From: Thermodesulfobacteriota bacterium | GTDB lineage: Bacteria; Desulfobacterota_D; UBA1144; Nemesobacterales; UBA2774 | Length of the DNA: 64,000 nucleotides | Direction: 5' to 3' | Assembly (NCBI GenBank): GCA_965216785.1 | Contig: OZ244197.1 | Location: 448,001-512,000 of the forward strand | Part shown: positions 39,966 to 48,621 of the stretch, piece after piece | Position numbering within the stretch: the stretch's first letter is position 1 | How the letters are laid out: the number at the start of each line of letters is the position of its first letter | Made by a program: the position numbers and the translations under genes | Notes under the pieces: generated by a model | Databases searched by the model: none | Seen by the model: the letters and a program-made list of their open reading frames with translations, nothing else | What the model was told of the DNA's origin: nothing

Positions 39966-41021
39966 CTAATTGGTATTGGAATCCATGAATTGACTCAGAG
40001 GGCCTTTAGGATCAATGATTCTTTTAATTTCTCTGAAAGGTACTACGACAAAGTAAGATCCTTCAGCGTATGAGCCAACAGCATACGGAGCAAAGGCAAA
40101 CTTTATTCCCTCAGGGGATATGGCAAATACTCCAAGGTCTTGTTCATTAAAAGATGTAATTTCTCCATTTACAATCCAGCCTGCTTTCTTCACAAGGAGA
40201 TCATTGATACAATAGGTGGAAAGCGCTTTTAGATAATTTGATCCGGGCTTAAATAAGTCTGATAGTTTGATGAGTGATGCTTTACCATCTTTGATCGAAT
40301 AGTTTGATGAAAGGTAGTAGGTATTCCCGTGCGCGCCTCCCGTATATGAATATACTTCACCAGTGAGGCTCACCAGGTGATCCGAGTAATAGGCAATGGA
40401 ATAACTCCTGTCCTCCTGCCAGCTTCCCGCGGAGTCATTGGTTGAAAAAAACTCCCTTGATTCCCGCAAGAATTTATCCTGCTCGGCTTTGAGATTTTTA
40501 CTAAGCTCGGTATTTATCATTGTGAGTCCCGAATCATCGTATAGAAATTTAGGATAAAGGAGCGAGGACTCTATTTTCGGGCCTCCAGACGCTGTAGTGT
40601 TCACAAAATCCGCGACTTTCGTTAATTTGAAGGGAAGCTTTTTATTACCTTTTGGGTTTGACCACTCCCCTTCGATAGTCCTTGCGTAATCTGAGCTTTC
40701 ATCATTAATTTTGCCTCTGAATGTCCCAGTTATAATGCCCTTTACACCTTTCTCGCTGAGCATAACGGTAGAGTCCTTCGGGTTAATTGTCCCTGACAGT
40801 GAGAGCGGGATCCCCTTTGTATCATAGTAATATGAGCCGTTTATATCACTTGAATCGAATATTAACTCCATCTGAACCTTATTTATCTCGCCTACAGTAC
40901 CGATATAGTAGTAGCGTTTCTGAGTGTTTTCACCGCCTTGCCGTGCTTGAGCGTGAGCATATGGAAATATTGCGAAAGTCAAAACTCCAATAAATACGCC
41001 AACATACATTATAAATCGCAT
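39966..41021 (-). CDS. Secreted DUF3298/RsiV-PdaC-like protein
   Basis: Signal peptide after an AGGAGA RBS (ATG 41021), YSYTGGAHG, LSDLF and FAPYAVGSYAEG. Confidence 0.8.
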   Translation of the reverse strand: MRFIMYVGVFIGVLTFAIFPYAHAQARQGGENTQKRYYYIGTVGEINKVQMELIFDSSDINGSYYYDTKGIPLSLSGTINPKDSTVMLSEKGVKGIITGTFRGKINDESSDYARTIEGEWSNPKGNKKLPFKLTKVADFVNTTASGGPKIESSLLYPKFLYDDSGLTMINTELSKNLKAEQDKFLRESREFFSTNDSAGSWQEDRSYSIAYYSDHLVSLTGEVYSYTGGAHGNTYYLSSNYSIKDGKASLIKLSDLFKPGSNYLKALSTYCINDLLVKKAGWIVNGEITSFNEQDLGVFAISPEGIKFAFAPYAVGSYAEGSYFVVVPFREIKRIIDPKGPLSQFMDSNTN

Positions 41022-41284
41022 CTTCTCTCCTTTTTTATAGAAAGTCACAAAGCGCGTTAAATTATATATTAGCACAAAACAGAATACTTAGGAGAAAAGT
41101 ACGAGAATATCACCATAGGAGAGTACAAATTGAGTATTTTCAGGTAAGAATATGACAATATTTGCAACTTTATGACAGAATACGTCTATGCGTTCAAAAT
41201 TTGCCATATTCTCGCAAATTGCATATATTGTATAATTACAGAGACTTACAAAACTTTCAAGTGAATTTGATATATTTTTAGCTC

Positions 41285-41301
41285 TTGGCACACAGTTTGC
41301 T
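41285..41301 (+). promoter_or_regulatory. Consensus sigma54 promoter with no downstream CDS
   Basis: TTGGCACACAGTTTGCT matches TGGCAC-N5-TTGCW exactly. Confidence 0.8.
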
Positions 41302-41311
41302 TTTATAATTA

Positions 41312-41409
41312 ACAATAGCAAACACAACATATCTGCTATGCCATAACATATTCCCCATCCTCTAAAGGGTGAGTCCGTGGATTAGTTCACGGACTCACCC
41401 TTATTTTTT
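41312..41409 (+). ncRNA. Candidate sigma54-dependent small RNA of about 95-100 nt
   Basis: Lies between a consensus sigma54 promoter and a strong plus-strand terminator. No ORF (only ATG-CCA-TAA); 5' hairpin ATAGCA/TGCTAT. Confidence 0.55.
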
Positions 41410-41410
41410 A
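41365..41410 (+). terminator. Strong intrinsic terminator, possibly bidirectional
   Basis: AAGGGTGAGTCCGTG...CACGGACTCACCCTT 15-bp stem followed by ATTTTTTA on the plus strand. Confidence 0.88.
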
Positions 41411-41440
41411 TCTTAAAAGTATTGAGATGAAAATGCCGGA

Positions 41441-42214
41441 CTATTTACCTTTAAAAAGTAAGTCCCTCATCTGATCCTGAATCTTATTATTCGTAGCCAG
41501 AATCTCCTTCACGTAAATGCTGTACTCCGCGCCGGAGAAAAGCGATACACTGCCTCCCGCTTCCTGAACAATTAACGCTCCGGCTGCCGTATCCCAGGGG
41601 TTAAGACCAAGCTCCCAGAACCCGTCGAACCTTCCGCACGCTACATAGCACAGGTCAAGCGCCGCCGAGCCGTCACGCCTTACGGCCTGCGCCGCCCGAA
41701 TAAAATTTGAGAAATGCCTCAGGTTTTCTTCGACCATCTTCTCGTTTTCATGCACAAAACCCGTGCACAGATGGCACTCGTCTATACATTCCGTATGCGA
41801 TACGCCAATCGGCGCGCCGTTCAAATAAGACCCGTTTCCTCTACGGGCTGTGAACATCTCGTCCTTTACCGGATCGTAGACAAGCCCCAGCTCTATAACA
41901 CCCTTAACCTCTAGTGCGATGGAAACAGAGAAAAAAGGGTATGCGTGAGCGTAGTTTGTAGTACCGTCCAGCGGGTCTATGAGCCAAAGGTAATCTGAGT
42001 CCGTTACGTGCTTGCCAGACTCTTCAGCAAATATATCGTGCGTTGGAAAATTATCTTTTAATATGCCAATAATAAGCTCTTCAGAGAGCGTATCTACCTC
42101 GGTAACCAGGCTGTTCTTGGCTTTAAATTCGATCTCTTTTACTTTGCCCAGGTTCTTTAAATGAATCTCGCCCGCTTCGCGCGCGGCTTTCTCTGCAATT
42201 TCTAAATACTCCAA
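41441..42214 (-). CDS. suhB: Inositol monophosphatase family protein
   Basis: AEES, WLIDPLDGTTNY, GSAALDLCYVA and PWDTAAG. Confidence 0.88.
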   Translation of the reverse strand: MEYLEIAEKAAREAGEIHLKNLGKVKEIEFKAKNSLVTEVDTLSEELIIGILKDNFPTHDIFAEESGKHVTDSDYLWLIDPLDGTTNYAHAYPFFSVSIALEVKGVIELGLVYDPVKDEMFTARRGNGSYLNGAPIGVSHTECIDECHLCTGFVHENEKMVEENLRHFSNFIRAAQAVRRDGSAALDLCYVACGRFDGFWELGLNPWDTAAGALIVQEAGGSVSLFSGAEYSIYVKEILATNNKIQDQMRDLLFKGK

Positions 42215-42305
42215 TAGTAGCTCCTTAGTCAGGTGTAGTGTTGAGGATTAGTAAAACAATCGCGAGAAGTATAGTACATCTCTTAAAAACTATTGAGACC
42301 TTAAG

Positions 42306-42509
42306 CTACTCCGGAGTCTCTTCAGGAATTATTATCCAGCCCAGTATATACACGAGAAGCGCCGTACCCGCGCTGAAAATCGTGATCAGAGCATAGACGA
42401 GTCTTATCATCGTTGGATCAAGAGAATAAATCTCCCCTATCCCGCCGCAAATCCCCGCCACCATCTTGTCTTTACGAGAACGGTATAGTTTTTTTACCTC
42501 TTTACTCAT
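42306..42509 (-). CDS. PspC domain protein
   Basis: KKLYRSRKDKMVAGICGGIG...YILGWIIIPE. Confidence 0.9.
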   Translation of the reverse strand: MSKEVKKLYRSRKDKMVAGICGGIGEIYSLDPTMIRLVYALITIFSAGTALLVYILGWIIIPEETPE

Positions 42510-42556
42510 ATGAGATCACCCCCATGGAATGAATAATGAGATTATACCCTAAAACA

Positions 42557-43027
42557 TCAGTCAAATGTCTTTATATTTAAGAGATAATTGTAATATTCAG
42601 GGGAAAGGTATTCCCGGGCTTTTAACAGATGCTCCAAATAGGCTTTAGTCGGATGAAGACCTTCTCCGATTTTATCCGGCATAGCCGTATAGGTCTTCAC
42701 TGTTTCTTGAGTACCACCGATATCCAGAACGAGCCTGATTCGAGCGTAATGTTCGGGATAGCCTTCGAATTTGTCCAGATTATATAAGCCCCCGACTGTA
42801 ATTCTATAAACGACCCCTTCTACATAGCTATTCTCTTCCGGAACTATATTCGCGCAACCCGTCCCGGGTGTTTGAGAAGAAATTTTATTGAATCTAAGGC
42901 TGTATCCCTCAAGTGAATGCTTGCGCCTGAGAGTAAAATCCGCCCCTCTCTCCGCCATTCTCTCAGGATTCATATTGGAGCCGTAGGCGAAATAATAAAG
43001 TTTTTCTTTTACGTCAGTCTGCGTCAT
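42557..43027 (-). CDS. Gamma-glutamylcyclotransferase family protein
   Basis: YFAYGSNM, VEGVVY and LDKFEGYP. Confidence 0.88.
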   Translation of the reverse strand: MTQTDVKEKLYYFAYGSNMNPERMAERGADFTLRRKHSLEGYSLRFNKISSQTPGTGCANIVPEENSYVEGVVYRITVGGLYNLDKFEGYPEHYARIRLVLDIGGTQETVKTYTAMPDKIGEGLHPTKAYLEHLLKAREYLSPEYYNYLLNIKTFD

Positions 43028-43054
43028 CGTCGTAATTCCGGGGTTAAGTTAACG

Positions 43055-44779
43055 TTATTCGTATGTCTGTATCTTGTATAGCCCTGAGTATATCCCGTCT
43101 CTTTTCATAAGCTCATCGTGGCTTCCTATCTCAACAAGGCTGCCTTTCTCAAACACTGCAATGCGGTCAAAACCGCTTATTGACGGCACTCTGCTGGATA
43201 TTGCCAGTAAGGTCCTGCCGTCCATCTCTTTTCTCAGGTTTTTAAGGACCAGGCTTTCAGTCCTAAGATCAAGGGAGGAAAATACGTCGTCCAGTACGAG
43301 CACTTTAGGACTTAGAAGCACAGCCCTCGCTATGGCGAGCCTTTGCCTCTGACCGCCCGAAAGACTAAGCCCCCTCTCCCCAACCCTTGCATCGAACCCG
43401 CCCGGGAAAGCCATAATCTCATCGTAAAGCTCGGCAACTCTTGCTGCTTCTACGACCTCTTCCTCGCTCACATCAGGATTCATAAAAGAAATATTATCCA
43501 TCACTGTCCCGCTGAACACAGTGGTCTCCTGAGGCACATAAATCACCCCGTCCCTAAGGCTGTCCCTGTTTATTTTCCTCACATCGACGTTGTCGATGAA
43601 CATTGTGTTCTCCGGAGGCTCAACTATTCTCGTAAGCAGCTGGAAGAGAGTTGACTTCCCGGAGCCCGTCGCCCCGGTCACCCCTAGAGCCTGTCCTACG
43701 GGGATACTCATAGAAACGTTATTCAAAGCCCTTACACCATTGTATGAATAGGAGAGATTCCTAAGCTCGATGTTTCCCTCAATATCCAGCTCCACTGAGC
43801 CCGGCTCATAGATAGATTTTGGCTCCTCCATGAGCACGTCGTTTATGCGGTTTAGCGATGCCGTGCCCCTCTTTATGATATCCACGGCCCACCCCATAGC
43901 CATCATTGGCCATGTGAGCATCGCCAGATACACTAAAGCGGCTGCGAACTGGCCGACATTTATATCAAGGCTGATTGTCTTAATACCCCCCATCCAGATG
44001 AATATCGCGGTAGCCGACCCTGCCATAAAGGTTATTATCGGCTGATAGACACCCCAAATTTTTATAAGGTTAAGGTTCTTATCCAAATAGTCAGAGCTCG
44101 AAGCTCTGAAATCTTTTACCTCGCTGTCCTCTCTTACGTAAGCCTTTACGACTTTAATACCTGAAATGGACTCCCTGGCGCTCTCCGTGAGAATTGAGAA
44201 CGAATCCTGCACCCTCTGGAACCTCTTCTCTATCATTCTCCCGAATTTATATACGATAACCGCAAGTATTGGGAAAGGTATAAACGCATAGAGCGCAAGC
44301 TCGGGAGAGATGTAGAGCATAGCAATGAATATAAATATCAGGAGAAATACGCCGTCATAGGCGATAAGCACACCAAGACCGCAGGCGAATTTGAGCGTCT
44401 CGATATCGTTTACAGTGTGGGCCATCAGGTCGCCAACTTTTCGCCTTGAAAAAAAATCGAAGTGAAGACTCTGAAGGTGCTCGAAAAACTCGTCCCTTAA
44501 AGACTGCTCGATCCTACGTGCGGCGCCCATAATGAAGAACCTCCAAAAGAACCTGAACACAGCCATAGCGATTGCTATGCCGACCATGTAGAGACCGAAG
44601 CGGGTTATATCGCTAACCTTAGCTTTCTCAAGCGTAAGAGTATTGACCACCCTCTCTATCACTAGGGGTATCGAGAGCTGGCATACATCAACAAGCGAGA
44701 GCGCAAAGAGTCCTGCAAGAAAAGAGTATTTATATTTCAGAAGCAGAGAGAATATTGTCTTTTTTTTTGTTTCAGGCAT
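43055..44779 (-). CDS. ABC exporter half-transporter (TMD+NBD), YheI/TM287-like subunit
   Basis: TMD with GDLMAHTVND, Walker A GATGSGKS and consensus LSGGQ. Walker B is LDD and the H-switch is replaced (ISSR). Start ATG 44779 preferred. Confidence 0.9.
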   Translation of the reverse strand: MPETKKKTIFSLLLKYKYSFLAGLFALSLVDVCQLSIPLVIERVVNTLTLEKAKVSDITRFGLYMVGIAIAMAVFRFFWRFFIMGAARRIEQSLRDEFFEHLQSLHFDFFSRRKVGDLMAHTVNDIETLKFACGLGVLIAYDGVFLLIFIFIAMLYISPELALYAFIPFPILAVIVYKFGRMIEKRFQRVQDSFSILTESARESISGIKVVKAYVREDSEVKDFRASSSDYLDKNLNLIKIWGVYQPIITFMAGSATAIFIWMGGIKTISLDINVGQFAAALVYLAMLTWPMMAMGWAVDIIKRGTASLNRINDVLMEEPKSIYEPGSVELDIEGNIELRNLSYSYNGVRALNNVSMSIPVGQALGVTGATGSGKSTLFQLLTRIVEPPENTMFIDNVDVRKINRDSLRDGVIYVPQETTVFSGTVMDNISFMNPDVSEEEVVEAARVAELYDEIMAFPGGFDARVGERGLSLSGGQRQRLAIARAVLLSPKVLVLDDVFSSLDLRTESLVLKNLRKEMDGRTLLAISSRVPSISGFDRIAVFEKGSLVEIGSHDELMKRDGIYSGLYKIQTYE

Positions 44780-44945
44780 CGTTCGTGCGGGCCTTGTATT
44801 ATTCAAAATGTCCTTAATACAAAGCCTTTTAGTATACCTGAACAGCTGCTGAAAAATGTTGCTATCTGACAAGCGTATTATTCAAATTAAACAGCGCTCA
44901 CAGAACAAAAGCGGCTGCTTGATTACTAGCCAAAAATTTAGATAC

Positions 44946-44970
44946 AAAAAAAGGGGCCAAGGCCCCTTTT
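44946..44970. terminator. Bidirectional intrinsic terminator
   Basis: AAAAAAAGGGGCC-AA-GGCCCCTTTT, just after the stop of the 44996-45484 gene. Confidence 0.75.
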
Positions 44971-44995
44971 CATGTAACCTTTATTTTAATTGAAC

Positions 44996-45484
44996 TTAGT
45001 CGTAACTTAGCGGTCTTCCGTCCGGGTTATACGTAACGCTGAACCAGTCGTCTTTTTCTTCATCAAATCCCGGAATTCTGGACTTTACATTTATAGTCTC
45101 AAGAGTCTTTTCCAAATTGTAGGTCTCTTTAACCACAATCGACCCCGGGGGCAGTACCTCTCCTTCCAAAACCGCTTTGTAGGCAGTACCGTTTATATAG
45201 GTGGTTACCAGCTTGTCGTCTCCCTCTTCGGTGAAGGCCTTTTGTCCCGGCATTATCTTCCAGTGCTCTTTATACTCCTCGGTATGAATCAACCCCCACA
45301 GCTCAGCGGCTAATTTCGGCGGGGCCTGTACTTGCATTTTCTCTTCCATCTGTTCATGCATTTCCTCGGTTTTCTCTACCGCCTCTTCAACTGGGTCGTC
45401 CGATTTCTGCTCTCCGCTCTTACATCCCGCGTAGACAAAACTTAATGACAATAAGAATATTAATAATAAGTTCGTGGCTTTCAT
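44996..45484 (-). CDS. Lipoprotein with a cytochrome P460-like domain but no CxxCH
   Basis: GGAGG RBS, lipobox YAGC, YIN, LPPGSIVVKE, PGFD and DWF...YNPDG. Confidence 0.6.
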   Translation of the reverse strand: MKATNLLLIFLLSLSFVYAGCKSGEQKSDDPVEEAVEKTEEMHEQMEEKMQVQAPPKLAAELWGLIHTEEYKEHWKIMPGQKAFTEEGDDKLVTTYINGTAYKAVLEGEVLPPGSIVVKETYNLEKTLETINVKSRIPGFDEEKDDWFSVTYNPDGRPLSYD

Positions 45485-45630
45485 TTCTTCCTCCGGTGTT
45501 TATTTTGGAAGTGTATTCTATCATCAGAATTTGGGTCTATGCAAATCCTCGTTCGATAATATTGTTATACCCGAACCAAATCAAGGTGGAATCACTTGAA
45601 CGAAAATTTTTAATATTGGGAAAAAAACCC

Positions 45631-45681
45631 TTGACAAAGATTTTAGGATATACTAATATCTCTCCTGACTGACTAGTCAGT
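45631..45681 (+). promoter_or_regulatory. Sigma70 promoter and TetR operator
   Basis: TTGACA-17 bp-TAATAT (45631-45659), then the perfect 14-bp palindrome ACTGACTAGTCAGT (45668-45681) just downstream of the predicted start site. Confidence 0.78.
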
Positions 45682-45706
45682 TCAATTTGACCGTGATGGG
45701 TTAAAA

Positions 45707-46360
45707 ATGGCTAAAGCAAAGAAATTAATGGATAAACGGGTCGTGAAAGGTACTAAACCACGCAGGAAAAAAGGGCGCAAAGAAGAAATTCTGGATGCGG
45801 CTGCCAACCTTTTTTCCCAAAAAAGCTACCACGACGTAACAATGGACCAGATAGCCGCTCATGTAGGCGTTGCTAAGGGAACATTATATCTGTACTTCAA
45901 CTCCAAAGAGAAACTCTATCTCGAGATTCTCGAAGATACCTTCGAGGAGATAGAGTCGATTCTGGAAAAAGAGATAGCGAAAAATGACCCGGCTCCCGAA
46001 AAGCTGAAGAAAGTTCTGAGGCTTATATTCCAGTTTTATCTTCAGCATTTGGATGTGCTTCGTATTCTAAGCAGAGACGAGACGCATCTTATCCGTGAGC
46101 ATTATGAATTTACCGAGCACTGGCGTCACAGAAGAATAAAGCTTTACGAAAAAATTTTGGAGAAAGGCATTAAAGAAGGATCATTCCGCCCGTCCAATAC
46201 CAAGCTTACCGCGCATATTATTTTCGGGCTCGTAGGCTCGGTGACGTTTTTTTATCAGTCGGATAAAAACGCGGGCGATATAGCTGAAGAGGTATACGCG
46301 ATGATTTCAGAGGGGATAACAGCCCACTCTGCCGCGAATACCGAGCCAGCAAGGGTTTAG
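45707..46360 (+). CDS. TetR/AcrR family regulator
   Basis: ILDAAANLF...IAAHVGVAKGTLYLYFNSKE. Confidence 0.95.
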   Translation: MAKAKKLMDKRVVKGTKPRRKKGRKEEILDAAANLFSQKSYHDVTMDQIAAHVGVAKGTLYLYFNSKEKLYLEILEDTFEEIESILEKEIAKNDPAPEKLKKVLRLIFQFYLQHLDVLRILSRDETHLIREHYEFTEHWRHRRIKLYEKILEKGIKEGSFRPSNTKLTAHIIFGLVGSVTFFYQSDKNAGDIAEEVYAMISEGITAHSAANTEPARV

Positions 46361-46402
46361 AAGTAGAAATAAAGAAACATTTATTCCAAGGAGGTATATC
46401 AA

Positions 46403-47587
46403 ATGGCACTTTCTTATCCTTTTAGCTCAAAGATCAGCCATTTCGTTCCCCCGAAGCAGTGGGCAAGCATGCGGGTAGCCCGGGACTTAGAGAAGAAGAC
46501 CGGGAAGAAGATAATTCATTTTGAAAAGGGAGACTACCAGGGTCCTGATTTCGACACTCCTGAACACGTGCTAGCGGCTACGGAGCAAGCGCTCAGAGAC
46601 GGTTACGTCAGATACGACCCGGGTCCGGGTCTGCCTGAGCTCAGAGAAGCTCTCGCTCAGGAAATGACAGGACGAGGGAGGCCGACAGTTCCCGAGGAAA
46701 TCATAGTTACAGCGGGAGCAAAACACGCTTTAACTATGACGCTCCTGACTTTCCTTGAGCAGGGGGATGAAGTTATATTCCCGAACCCCGGTTATCCGCC
46801 GGACGAGGTGTGGGCCAAATACGTAGGAGCTACAATAAAGCACACGCCTCTTACAAAACCTGATTGGCAGTTCGATATTGAGAAGCTCGAAAGCCTAATC
46901 ACGGATAAGACAAAGCTCCTCATCATTAATACTCCTCAGAGGCCGAACGGCCACTTGGTCGAGAACCCCGAGGAGATAGCCGAGCTTTGCTATAAGCACC
47001 CTAACCTCATGGTTATTTCGGACGAGATATTCTCTCACGTTACGTTCGATAAGCCTCACAAATCCATCTGTCAGATTCCGGACATGGTCGAAAGGACTAT
47101 AATCATTGATACGTTCTCTAAGACCTACGCTATGACTGGGTGGAGAATAGGCTTTGCTGTTGCGCCTGTACCTGTGATAGATAAGCTGTCCATATTCCTT
47201 CAGGACTCGATCACAAACGTTGCGGCATTTATTCAAAAAGCTGCGTACGCTGCGATCTCGGGGCCTCAGGACTGGACTGTTGAAAAAACAGCGCTCTTAA
47301 AACAAAAAAGAGACAGGATGGTTGCCGGGCTTAACACAGTACCGGGTATTACCTGCGACAGTCCGGACGGAGCGTTCTACGCTTTCGCCGACATTACGGG
47401 CACCGGTATGACGTCACAGGAATACACTGACCAGCTCGTTGAAAACGCGGGCGTTGCCGTAGTGGCCGGAACCGCTTTCGGCAGTCAGGGCGAAGGCTAC
47501 ATCAGGGTCACCTACGCATGTTCAGACGAGGACATTGACGAAGGTATCAGAAGAATGAGAGAAGCCGCGCTTCAAAAGTCGGCTTAA
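46403..47587 (+). CDS. PLP-dependent aminotransferase class I/II (AspC-like)
   Basis: GLPELREA, ISDEIF, FSKTYAMTGWRIG and GAFY. Confidence 0.92.
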   Translation: MALSYPFSSKISHFVPPKQWASMRVARDLEKKTGKKIIHFEKGDYQGPDFDTPEHVLAATEQALRDGYVRYDPGPGLPELREALAQEMTGRGRPTVPEEIIVTAGAKHALTMTLLTFLEQGDEVIFPNPGYPPDEVWAKYVGATIKHTPLTKPDWQFDIEKLESLITDKTKLLIINTPQRPNGHLVENPEEIAELCYKHPNLMVISDEIFSHVTFDKPHKSICQIPDMVERTIIIDTFSKTYAMTGWRIGFAVAPVPVIDKLSIFLQDSITNVAAFIQKAAYAAISGPQDWTVEKTALLKQKRDRMVAGLNTVPGITCDSPDGAFYAFADITGTGMTSQEYTDQLVENAGVAVVAGTAFGSQGEGYIRVTYACSDEDIDEGIRRMREAALQKSA

Positions 47588-47603
47588 TAACGAATCTTCA
47601 ACT

Positions 47604-47665
47604 AACGGGCTTTTATCTCCCGAAGTGCATTTGAGCATACGGGGGATAAAGGCTCGTTTTTATTT
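47604..47665 (+). terminator. Long-stem terminator of the tetR-aminotransferase operon
   Basis: AACGGGCTTTTATCTCCCG...CGGGGGATAAAGGCTCGTT, a stem of about 19 bp with G-U pairs, followed by TTTATTT. Confidence 0.75.
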
Positions 47666-47735
47666 AAATTTCGCTTTTAGAATCCCTGTTTATACATTAT
47701 ATTATTTCATATAGGTAGCTAACAACGGGTGATTC

Positions 47736-48584
47736 ATGATTAGAAGAGCAGCCAAAAAATTAAAACATCTGGGCCTGCAGCCCCTGCTTCTGCTGATTCT
47801 TTTAGCGGTAACCAGCCCTCTTGCTGTATCATGCTATACAGCGCCTGTAACAGGCAGATCACAGCTTATATTACTTACGCCGTCTCAGGAAAACGAAATG
47901 GGCATCACCGCGTTTAATGAGGTGCTTAAGACCTCAACTATATCAAATAACCAGAGCTACAATGAGACAGTGAGCAGGGTTGGAAACAGAATTGCCCGGG
48001 TTGCGGATACACCCGACTATGAATGGGATTTTAAAGTAATCGAAGACGATGAGCAGATAAACGCGTTCGCGTTACCTGGTGGTAAGGTAGGTGTATATAC
48101 CGGGATATTACCGGTAGCTGAAACCGAAGCCGGTCTCGCGACGGTTATGGCTCATGAAGTCGGGCATGTGGCGGCGCGCCACGGAGGAGAGAGGGTATCT
48201 TCAAGTATGCTGGCCCAGCTAGGCGCAATAGGATTAAGCGCCGCGCTTGGCGGGGGCGACCCGTATGTTACGGAAGCAGTAATGCAGGCATATGGTCTAG
48301 GCGCAAACGTAGGCGTACTGCTGCCGTTCAGCAGGGGTCAGGAATCCGAAGCCGACCGTATCGGGCTCGTATACATGGCCCGCGCGGGTTACGACCCCAG
48401 AGAGGCCATAGCTTTCTGGGAAAGAATGGACGAAGCCGTCAGGGGAAAACCTCAGCCTCCGGAATTCCTGTCGACTCACCCGGGTTACGGAACTAGGATA
48501 AGTAACCTCAAGATGTGGCTTCCCGAAGCTATACCGTATTACGAGAATTCACAAAAAGCCCCTAACAATCCTATAACCAAATAA
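47736..48584 (+). CDS. M48 family metallopeptidase lipoprotein
   Basis: Lipobox AVSC, NAFALPGG, HEVGH, ESEAD and FLSTHP. Confidence 0.93.
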   Translation: MIRRAAKKLKHLGLQPLLLLILLAVTSPLAVSCYTAPVTGRSQLILLTPSQENEMGITAFNEVLKTSTISNNQSYNETVSRVGNRIARVADTPDYEWDFKVIEDDEQINAFALPGGKVGVYTGILPVAETEAGLATVMAHEVGHVAARHGGERVSSSMLAQLGAIGLSAALGGGDPYVTEAVMQAYGLGANVGVLLPFSRGQESEADRIGLVYMARAGYDPREAIAFWERMDEAVRGKPQPPEFLSTHPGYGTRISNLKMWLPEAIPYYENSQKAPNNPITK

Positions 48585-48621
48585 TATTCGATCATCGGTT
48601 TTATAGTATTTCTGACCCAAC

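Noticed and set aside
41088-41330. 80-aa minus-strand ORF
   Set aside because: TTG start, no RBS, AT-rich low-information sequence, and it overlaps the sigma54 promoter and putative enhancer region.
45445-45672. 75-aa ORF upstream of tetR
   Set aside because: It spans the divergent promoter region and operator and has no coding hallmarks.
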